Shown piece after piece: positions 43,201 through 51,800 of a stretch of 64,000 nucleotides of DNA. A program made the position numbers and the translations under genes. Each line of letters begins with the position of its first letter. Position 1 is the first letter of the stretch. The notes under the pieces were generated by a model that was not told the origin of the DNA, made no database searches, and saw only the letters and a list, made by a program, of their open reading frames with translations. Origin of the DNA: Botryllus schlosseri (taxonomy: Eukaryota); contig CM119371.1 of NCBI GenBank assembly GCA_051294905.1, positions 35,156,001 through 35,220,000 of the forward strand, given 5' to 3'.

Positions 43201-46200
43201 AGTTTGAGACCTCTGCACTAGTGACTATAGTGCGAAATCCGTAACTACTTGCTATGAACCCAATATCGGGGCATTTTGCCTGGCCTTAACAATCCACCTT
43301 TGCTCGACTCGATCTTCTCCTTATTTGCTAACACATGTCACTTCATTAACGAAATATCTTTTACAAATTATATACAGATGTTACCAAAATGAAACAATGA
43401 ATGAAACGAAGAAAATATATAGCCTACACTATACAGTCATGATAAAAGGTTAAATAAAAGTTCACGGCTGAATTTTAGCAGCTAAGCAGTTTTTGCGGTA
43501 GCAAATGAAGTATGTCATCTCATCAGCCTTTTCATCGACTAGGCAGGACTTGTGGAACCATCTTCGGCATTTCACACACATTATCTGCTGATCTTGGTCT
43601 TTACTACCTTTACATAAGCTGCTGTCGCAGTTATCCCATTTCGATTTATTCATGACACCAATGGCAGATGAGGAATCGGCTAGCTCTGCATATGTAATAT
43701 CACTTTCTGATATCGCATTCCAATCATCCAAAATACAACGGGATTCTGATTGCGTTTCGTCAGTCGGTCGACGGCCGGTTGGCAGTTGGTTCTCAGTTGA
43801 CCGTTCTCGAATCCCTGCCAAGTAATCTACCCAGACTCGGCACTTTCCCGACGGAAAATCACGCGCTAAAGGCAAATTATTTGTCACGCAATAAGCATTT
43901 GCTATCACATGTATGCCGCAGTCAAATGTGTTCTCCTGTTGTTTAACGTCCCTGCACAGAAAAAACTGCCACTCGTCAATTGTGCATCTCACATTCGCAA
44001 CCCTGAAGCAAGCACTGACAATTTTGAATGAGTTGCGAAAAATACCTTCATATCTCGTCCGATTAGGAGATATAAAAGAGTCCATCACCAGTATAGTTTT
44101 GGTACTCAAGTTAACTACTGTCAGTATCCAGTGATTTGGAACATGCACTAGAAAAATGAAGAAGTCTTTGTTCGCTGCTTGGTGCTTACGCGCAAATCGG
44201 CATAGCGACGGCACGTTGTGATCTTGTCCAGTCCACTGATACCTGTACGAGGTGAAAAACAAAACCAAAGGTTTTTCGGTACAAAATGCTTCTATCGCTC
44301 GCTCTATTGTTTCATCATCTAGCCATTGCTCAGGTTTCAAGCATTGGCGTATCACATGCTGCGGATCTTTATTTTCCTTTGACGACGAAAGCCAAGGGTA
44401 ATCATTGAGGGCGGGCAGCTTCACAGAGTCGGTCGTCAAGTCCAATGGCGCTGTTTCTTCATTGATTTCAGACATCTGCTCGTCGGATATCATTGATAGA
44501 TCAGAATGCAATAGCGGTTGTTTGGGTTGCTGTTTTCTTGGTGTTGAATGGTGAGCTGGTGTACTATTTACGGTATAGTCAAAATCTACCCGGCGAGGCC
44601 TTTTCCGACCGGACTTCCTGGTCCTACCCTTGCGATTTTTCAGGAGCTGACTCAAATTGCAGGGGACCGCTTTCTGTGTGCTGTTGTCCCTTAATGACAT
44701 CGCTACAGCTAGAATATGATAGCATATTGTTGTGCTTGGGCAAGTACATGAGGGAGGCTTTGGGAAATACCTGACGCAATGAACTTGACGTTGAGTCATT
44801 GAAGCAACGGTGAACACACCATTGGTCGACGAGAATCCAACCATATTATTTATCCCGCACCACCTCGCCATAGCGCGCTGGGAGAATCTTTGATTCAACT
44901 TATTGTTTGACCTGAAGAATTTTGTCACATTTTGGTCATTGTTGATTTCACTTATGATATCGTCAAGCGTCAACATTTTAGGAAATTTGATATGTTCGAG
45001 TTTTTTTCTCATGTAACTAAATTCCGTTTTAAGTTGATATTCCCCATGTCCGCATTCCGCACGGCGAAAATCATGTAAGTAGTTCGTCTGCAGATTATGC
45101 ATCCATAATATGATGGCATCCAATGTCATTTCTTTACGCCCGCTCGCAGCCTTCAAAACGTTGTTCATTGACTCGCTGATATTGTTAGTGGGTGGGCTCT
45201 CACTAAAAGCGGAAAAAAATTTCGTTCTGAATCTGCAGGTATTTCTGGAAATGTCACCCTTCAAATGTTTGTCAAAATATTCTCTGAATTTGCCTGTCCA
45301 TCCATTTGCCAGCGTACGATATTTATCGTTGAATTGATCTTCTCCATCCGACAAAACCAACTTGCGTATATCACCTAATAGAATGCTCACTTCGTGTGTT
45401 TTAAAAGAGTGTTCGCGAAGCCATCTTTTTGCATCATTGAGGATATGGTTCAGACAATAAAACTTTGGCAAGTCTGGAAAGTAATCATGGAGTGGTTTAG
45501 TTATGCCTTTTTCCCGGTCAGTCACAAACGGAATGTTTGAGCATTTATCCATACCGAGGCAATGCAATATGTCGCGGAACATCTGTTCATGGTTTGTCAT
45601 GAACTTTTTCTCATGCACCATAAATGCAACTGGGAATATTGGGTCCCCCTTCATTAGCACATTGCGGCACACTAAAATGGAAACGTAAAAGTCCCCTAGG
45701 GAGAAAGTTGTATCGTAGGATAGCACTTGGGGTAGTTCCGTATTCTTCATTGAGATATATATATATATATCCGTCCGCTATGTCATCTCATCGAAGGGCA
45801 ATCAGTCGCCAATTGGCCTTGAACTCGCATGGCTGACTTCTCCGTTACTCTCCACTGCTTCGAAACATCTTCCGATACGCCCCGAACTCCGCTTTCCTTG
45901 TATTATATAACCGCCCGCTATGTCATCTCATCGATGGGCAATCAGTCGCCCAATTGGCCTTGAACTTGCATGGCTGACTTCTCCGCTATTCTCCACTGCT
46001 TCGAAACATCTTCCGATACGCCCTGATCTCCGCTTTCTATATTATATAACCGTCCGCTATGTCTATTTCGCGGGGCCAAGAACTCCGCTTTCAGTATCCG
46101 TCCGCTATGTCATCTCATCGAAGGGCAATCAGTCGCCAATTGGCCTTGAACTCGCATGGCTGACTTCTCCGTTACTCTCCACTGCTTCGAAACATCTTCC

Positions 46201-47630
46201 GATACGCCCCGAACTCCGCTTTCCTTGTATTATATAACCGCCCGCTATGTCATCTCATCGATGGGCAATCAGTCGCCAAATTGGCCTTGAACTCGCATGG
46301 CTGAATTCTCCGTTATTCTCTGCTGTTTCGAAATATATTTCGCTACGCCCCGAACTCCGCTTTCAGTATATTATAACGATATAACCGTCCGCTGTGTCAT
46401 CTCATCGATGGGCAATCAGTCACCAAATTGGCCTGAAACTCGCATGGCTGACTTCTCCGTTATTCTCTGCTGTTTCGAAATATATTTCGCTGCGCCCCGA
46501 ACTCCGTTTTCAGTATATTATAACCGTCCGCTATGTCATCTCATCGATGGGCAATCAGTCACCAAATTGGCCCGAAACTCGCATGGCTGACTTCTCCGTT
46601 ATTCTCTGCTGTTTCGAAATATATTTCGTTACGCCCCAAACTCCGCTTTCAGTATATTATAACGATATAACCGTCTGTTATGTCATCTCATCGATGGGCA
46701 ATCAGTCGCCCAATTGGCCTTGAACTTGCATGGCTGACTTCTCCGTTATTCTCCACTGCATCGAAAAATCTTCCGATATGCCCTGATCTCCGCTTTCTGT
46801 ATTATATAACCGTCCGCTATGTCTATTTCGCGGCGCCCCGAACTCCGCTTTCAGTATCCGTCCGCTATGTCATCTCATCGAAGGGCAATCAGTCGCCAAT
46901 TGGCCTTGAACTCGCATGGCTGACTTCTCCGTTATTCTCCACTGCTTCGAAACATCTTCCGATACGCCCCGAACTCCGCTTTCTTTGTACTATATAACCG
47001 CCCGCTATGTCATCTCATCGATGGGCAATCAGTCGCCCAATTGGCCTTGAACTTGCATATGGCTGACTTCTCCGTTATTCTCCACTGCTTCGAAACATCT
47101 TCCGATACGCCCCGAACTCCGCTTTCCTTGTATTATAACCGCCCGCTATGTCATCTCATCGATGGGCAATCAGTCGCCCAATTGGCCTTGAACTTGCATG
47201 GCTGACTTCTCCGTTATTCTCCACTGCTTCGAAACATCTTCCGATACGCCCCGATCTGCGCTTTCTATATTATATAACTGTCCGCTATGTCCATTTCGCG
47301 GGGTCCCGGACTCCGCTTTCAGTATCCGTCCGCTATGTCGCGCGTGTCTATAAAGGTTAATGACCGAAAGCTCCGCTCTCCGCTAGGTCCGTTGTCTCCG
47401 TCTTTTAGGAATCGGCATTTTTGGCTCTCTCCGCCGTCTCCGTTGCTTCCGCGTTTTAGGGTCCGTTCTCCGCTGCCTCCGCTGTCTCCGCTGCCTCCGC
47501 TTCTCCGTCTTTTAGGGATGCCCAAAACCAAGACATGTCCCACCTGCAGCTCAGTAGAAACGGAGCTTCCCCTCGATGTTTCGGACGGCAAATTGGGTAA
47601 TTCCTCTCTTTCTTCGCTCATCGTCGACAT
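22218..47630 (-). CDS. POC5: Centrosomal protein POC5, 13 coding exons, ~583 aa
   Basis: GT-AG exons with consistent phases: 47630-47544, 35417-35273, 33040-32936, 31633-31386, 30335-30237, 28963-28793, 27898-27719, 26595-26439, 26251-26129, 25662-25544, 24307-24214, 23098-23013, 22355-22218 (1752 nt including stop). Recognised motifs: SRGSSVSTELQ|EEYDELIKYAIVTP, LKELLHTYEVSVGRKDQVISNL, KVWQAWRS..KWKEKVEKACQKKAQEVC, MKKAFMRGVCALNLEAMSMF, VLVERHHP. The last acceptor is less certain. Confidence 0.93.
22561..22977. mobile_element. hAT-like MITE of the gactcgagtc-rich family
   Basis: TIR cagggttgtaa / ttacaaccctg with a degenerate TSD. Related copies or fragments at about 25790-26041, 55385-55860, 56885-57080, 59670-60130 and 63667-64000. 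Confidence 0.75.
23688..24181. mobile_element. 494-bp palindromic MITE with TTAA target (Kolobok-like termini)
   Basis: TTAA at 23684-23687 and 24182-24185. Termini are aggggcactgc...gcagtgcccct with ~190-bp imperfect inverted arms. A half copy lies at about 29072-29290. Confidence 0.85.
24549..24952. mobile_element. 404-bp hAT MITE with aatcc subterminal repeats
   Basis: TIR cagagatgagc/gctcatctctg. 8-bp TSD ctgtacag at 24541-24548 and 24953-24960. Confidence 0.92.
26813..27665. mobile_element. Non-autonomous hAT element
   Basis: Imperfect TIR caggcacatagccag / ctggctacgagcctg. Near-TSD attataac / aatataac (1 mismatch). Confidence 0.75.
32034..32724. mobile_element. 691-bp hAT (Buster/Charlie-type) MITE
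   Basis: Ends gaatggttctcaacc / ggttgagaaccactg. 8-bp TSD cactaggc at 32026-32033 and 32725-32732. ggggtccgcg subterminal motifs. Confidence 0.85.
33522..35187. mobile_element. 1.67-kb non-autonomous hAT element with (CCATA)n subterminal repeats, POC5 intron 2
   Basis: Perfect 20-bp TIR cagggcatggtatggtatgg. 8-bp TSD ggcaaagc at 33514-33521 and 35188-35195. Confidence 0.93.
36752..42806 (+). repeat. Left arm of MULE: ~6-kb TIR made of 141/143-bp and ~186-bp tandem units
   Basis: The unit gacatagcgggcggttatataatacaaggaaagcggagttcggggcgtatcggaagatg... repeats with a 141-bp period (38711 to 38852) and a 186-bp period (38341 to 38527). Higher-order periods are 470 and 1878 bp. Confidence 0.95.
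43462..45750 (-). CDS. MULE transposase (DDE core + SWIM) fused to Ulp1/C48 SUMO-protease-like domain and PHD finger; apparently 5'-truncated
   Basis: 762-aa open frame. Transposase motifs: LSYDTTF (D1), FVTDREKG (D2), CLNH (CxxH), TNNISESMN (E). SWIM: CTCPSTTICYH. Basic NLS-like KNRKGRTRKSGRKRPRR. Ulp1 motifs: WLDDETI, NHWIL, VMDSF, QQENTFDCG. PHD: C..C..CVKCRRWFHKSC..C..C. Confidence 0.92.
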   Translation of the reverse strand: MKNTELPQVLSYDTTFSLGDFYVSILVCRNVLMKGDPIFPVAFMVHEKKFMTNHEQMFRDILHCLGMDKCSNIPFVTDREKGITKPLHDYFPDLPKFYCLNHILNDAKRWLREHSFKTHEVSILLGDIRKLVLSDGEDQFNDKYRTLANGWTGKFREYFDKHLKGDISRNTCRFRTKFFSAFSESPPTNNISESMNNVLKAASGRKEMTLDAIILWMHNLQTNYLHDFRRAECGHGEYQLKTEFSYMRKKLEHIKFPKMLTLDDIISEINNDQNVTKFFRSNNKLNQRFSQRAMARWCGINNMVGFSSTNGVFTVASMTQRQVHCVRYFPKPPSCTCPSTTICYHILAVAMSLRDNSTQKAVPCNLSQLLKNRKGRTRKSGRKRPRRVDFDYTVNSTPAHHSTPRKQQPKQPLLHSDLSMISDEQMSEINEETAPLDLTTDSVKLPALNDYPWLSSSKENKDPQHVIRQCLKPEQWLDDETIERAIEAFCTEKPLVLFFTSYRYQWTGQDHNVPSLCRFARKHQAANKDFFIFLVHVPNHWILTVVNLSTKTILVMDSFISPNRTRYEGIFRNSFKIVSACFRVANVRCTIDEWQFFLCRDVKQQENTFDCGIHVIANAYCVTNNLPLARDFPSGKCRVWVDYLAGIRERSTENQLPTGRRPTDETQSESRCILDDWNAISESDITYAELADSSSAIGVMNKSKWDNCDSSLCKGSKDQDQQIMCVKCRRWFHKSCLVDEKADEMTYFICYRKNCLAAKIQP
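45769..47523 (-). repeat. Right arm of MULE: ~1.75-kb TIR of the same tandem units in inverted orientation
   Basis: It is the reverse complement of the left-arm units. The ORF track gives the same spurious peptides on the opposite strand. Confidence 0.95.
47544..47630 (-). CDS. POC5: POC5 first coding exon (MSTMSEEREELPNLPSETSRGSSVSTELQ)
   Basis: 29 codons ending CAG|GTGGGA. It joins in phase 0 to exon 2 (EEYDELIKYAIVTP) across the 12.1-kb intron that holds the MULE. Confidence 0.88.
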
Positions 47631-48892
47631 TTTTTGATTACAATTCACGGAAACACGGATTTTCACACAAAACAAAACGATTCGATGTTTGCAATGATAA
47701 TGATTTAAATGGCGTACCGGTTGTCACGCTTCACTAGGCTAACATATGGCTCTCAGCACCCGAACCAAATAACGGTCTCTTATGTGAACCGTAGCTGAGA
47801 CACAACATTCATCCAGTATTTAGTGTCATTATGCAATGTTCTGCGAGTGTTACAATGCGGTACTACCATCTTCCGTGGTGCTGACGGACAATATTTACCA
47901 CAAAATACCCACGACAGCAACATGAAGACATTCTTAAAAGCTTATCACAGGAAATGTAATCTGTAGCTCTGAATCTTTGCTCTTTTTATGGATGTAGCAA
48001 TCACGTCGGTGACGATTCTCTTCATCTCTACGAAGACAGGCCAATATATACGTTATATATGCACCTGCACCTCACTCATGTATCTCTCCAACAATTCAAT
48101 CCACAGAGACTTCCCTGACGCAACCTCAGTCCTAGTATTAAACTTTTGGCATTTCTCAAGCATCTTGGACTTTAAATAGAGGCTCTTACTACTAACAACT
48201 GTCATTGTTTAATGTTTATACAAGTTTTCAGACAAAAGCACAGATAAAAGTCGAAATGTACACACATCAAAAATTGTAACAGACAAGCGGTACAGTGCAG
48301 ATTCACATAAATCAAACATATCCGACATCTATACAGACGTTTCCTTGGAAATTCATCAAATGAAGGTATCATGAAAAACAGCTCATACCGGCTGCTTGAT
48401 AGCCTTAAGCTTCTTAATACGGCAGAAATTGAAATGATGGAAAATATGTGCCTGTAACAATCATATTGCACAGGAAATCAAGAAAAAACACCAGCCGAAC
48501 AAATAACCAAATAGCATCGTTCTCTCCCAAGTAAAGGGCGCCATTTGAACTGCGAATTAAGTGCAGAAAATTACACAACACGTACTTCAGTGATTTAGTG
48601 TTCAATTATCACTAGCAAGCCTTCGCTGATACGCAACGTTTTAAAATTCACAGGACCAATTCTCTACCATGGTTAAGGTAAAATTACGCCTCAGGTTATA
48701 ATACTGATTCTTGGCAGAAGGGGGTATTGGTCAGTACTTCTACGTTTTAACAGTACTTAAGCGGTTATGTTTTTTCACAGACTGTCTGTATCTCGAAAAT
48801 GCAGTGCAAATCATCAAGGATTACATATCTTACATACAAAACTGAATTCACACGCTAAGAAATGCGACCAAGGCCTGTATCTGGCCCATTTT

Positions 48893-51800
48893 TCAAGCCG
48901 TTTCATCGTACTGTTGTTCCGCGTCGGCCCGCAACACTAGCGCCTGCACGGTGCGGGTCAGGTCGCCCGCGCACTGGTTGAAAATGTCCCTGTTCAAGTC
49001 AAGGTCGTGAAATCCCATCTCGTAGAGTTGGTCGAGAGGGCCCAACTCCACCTCCTGATAGCGCCTGGTCTGGAAGCTCGGGGGCGGCGTGTGGAATATT
49101 TCGTGGTCCTGATCGTCGGATGACCCGGGGCCGTCTGCAGAAACTCCTCCATCCTGGAAAGGAATTATGCACTAGATGAAAATATCAGTGGAGCTCAAGG
49201 GAAAATCGTATAGCTTAGCGAAGATTTGGAGACTTATTTAAAACTCATAACTAGGGTTTCGTTTGTATCGTAGATGTTTGCACTGTCGGTGAACTTATCA
49301 TTTGACATTTTACAGCTTGTTGTTAACTTTATACGCCTACCATTGTAGACGGCCCATTGTCTGCTCAGTGTGAATCATAAACAAATAGGTTGACATGGTG
49401 TTATGCTCAATGTACCGCAATATCCTAACTGAAGCAAGATTGCATGGGCATTGGTTCTTATATCAAGAAGCGCATGATAAAAAATTGTGATGTAGACAAC
49501 ACGGTGAGTCACCAGCAGCGTACGCACAACTTCAATGTTGTCAGTCAACAACTGCTGCTGTTGAACGTTCTTTTTCCATTCTTAGCAAGCTACTTAGTAA
49601 GGGAAGGACAGGCACTTTCTACCCGAGAATGTAGAAGGAATCTTTCGTTGTACTATAAAAATTTTAATATTTCCATCGTAATGCGTGATGTAACAACTGG
49701 AATTCTTCATAGATCAAGCTTCGTTAAAACTAAGTTTTTTTCATATAAAAATTGTCAGTTTTTAAGTCAAAAAACTTCATGAGGACAGACAGTTCCAACC
49801 AGAAATGAAGATAAGTAGTACAATTCTAACATTATGTGCGGAAACACCTAGTTTACATACATGAGGGCAAAATTTTGTCAAAATGAAGTTCATTAAAGTC
49901 AAAAAATGCCAAAGTTTTGGTTTTTTAGGTCAAAATCTCCCATATTTTAGATAAAAAATCGCCTTACTCATAACTTATAAATGTTAAACTTACGACATTT
50001 GTGTTATTTTTCTCTGTAAGTGTGAAAAACATTTCAAACTTCAAAAATTATCAAACTTATGATATCAAGGGTAATTAAAAAAAATGCAAAAATAATTCAT
50101 ACTTCAAACTTCAGAAAATGCGAAACTCACGGTTTCAAGACTAGGTATCCTGGGCAGACGCAATCTCTCCTGCGTCTGTCTGTCGTCCTGTATACTATGA
50201 CTCGGAGACGCCACCGCAAACGGCTCAGTCGGAAACACCCCGACAAACTCTAAGGGCGGCTGAATAGCCCCGGCGGTGCCCCGAGGGGCTGGAACTGGTT
50301 TTTCACCTGACGACGGGTTGCTATCGACGACAGACTGTGGTACTGGAATCGGGTTTCGAGCCCAACCTTGTTCAAAAGGCGGGAACGGCGGGGCAGTGGT
50401 TGAATTCGGGATTTGGTACGGGGCGTCGATATTCAACACAGAATTCGGGACTGGTTTCGGTTCTTGCGCGTAAAGCACGATTTTAGCCGGCGACGCGGTA
50501 GACATTTGGTTCATCGGGACTTTTGGTTTTGTGGCGGGGCACTCCACGGGATGGTCCGGGTTGGCCAAAAATTCATCAAATTCTTTATGAATACGCTCGG
50601 TTAGTGATTCGTTATCGACAGACTGAGGGGTGACACCTCCGCTCGATGGCGGACCGGTTGTGTCTGGGTTGGGTGGTATTACGATGTGCGGGGCGGTCGA
50701 TTTCGGAAGGGTCTCCGTTTCGGGGAGGGACGAATTCTCGGGGCGGGTTACGGACCCAGGTTGAGATTCGGGTTCCGAGTCGGATTCTTCGTTTTGGGGT
50801 GAGGCTGCGTCTTTTTCCGCAGAGTCTACGCTTGCATCTGAATTAAAAAAATTGAATTTGTAAAATAAAATTATTTAAAAAAAATCAAATTTAAAAAATA
50901 TTGAATCTACTCATCTCTGACACCAGCGAAATTTAATTCAATTTTCAAGTTTTTGCGAATTCACTAATTCCGATACTCAACAAACTGTGTAGCTATCATT
51001 CCAATCCTAATTTGAATACTGCCGAAATATTCTAGTTTTCAAACCTTCTTCGGTGTACTGCGATTCGTTGAGAGGCTTGTTCACGTCAAAGCAATCCGGC
51101 AGCGGCACGACCACAAATGACATCATAGAGGGCGGTTCCTCCTCCAAGGCGTAGTCCACGCTTTGCAGATCTTCAGAGCTGGCTCTCTCCGGTTCGGCCA
51201 CTTCAGATCCGCTCTCTTCTGGCTGTGATAAGAAACAACAGTTAAGCCCGGAGTTGATAGGTTGACAAGGAAACCATTCATCTATTTCTAAAGGAATAGA
51301 TAGCGCAGAGCTACTGCTGCTGTTGAACGTTCTGTCTCCATTCTTGGCAAGCTACTTAGTAAGGCCAGACACTTTCTACCCGAGAATGTAGGAAAGTATC
51401 TTTCGTTGTACTACAACAAATTTTGATTATTTCTACCATAATACGTGATGTAACTACTGGAATTCATCATAGGGCCAGATTTCGGTAAAATGAAGTTTTT
51501 TTCATGTAAAAATCTGTCAAAAAAGTTTTTCCAGGCCAAACCACTTCGTAAGGACAGACAGTTCCAACCAGATATGTAGATAAGCAGTACAATTCTTACA
51601 TTATGTGGGAAAACACCTAATTTGCATACACGAGGTCAAAATTAAGTTTTTAGGGTGAAAAAATATCAAAAGTTGGATTTGAATAATCGCCTAGTTATAT
51701 GAAGCTGTTTAAACGTAGCCTACAACTCATTTCGGATAAGTTGTATGTGAAAGAGACTTTTAAATAAGCGCCGTTAAATTCGCTCCACCATTACGCTATC

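Larger units (their letters stand above)
36752..47523 (-). mobile_element. 10.77-kb Foldback-type Mutator-like element (MULE) in POC5 intron 1
   Basis: 9-bp TSD aaaaccaag at 36743-36751 and 47524-47532. Termini gggcatccctaaaagacggagaagcgg... are inverted at both ends. Long modular TIRs flank an internal transposase ORF. Confidence 0.96.

Noticed and set aside
36915..47360. Many short ORFs (MSSHRWAISRPIGLELAW...) in the MULE arms
   Set aside because: They are translations of tandem TIR units, frameshifted between copies and mirrored on both strands.
47319..47675. 118-aa ORF reading from POC5 exon 1 into the MULE TIR
   Set aside because: This is unspliced read-through past a good donor (CAG|GTGGGA). 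There is no evidence of a real fusion protein.
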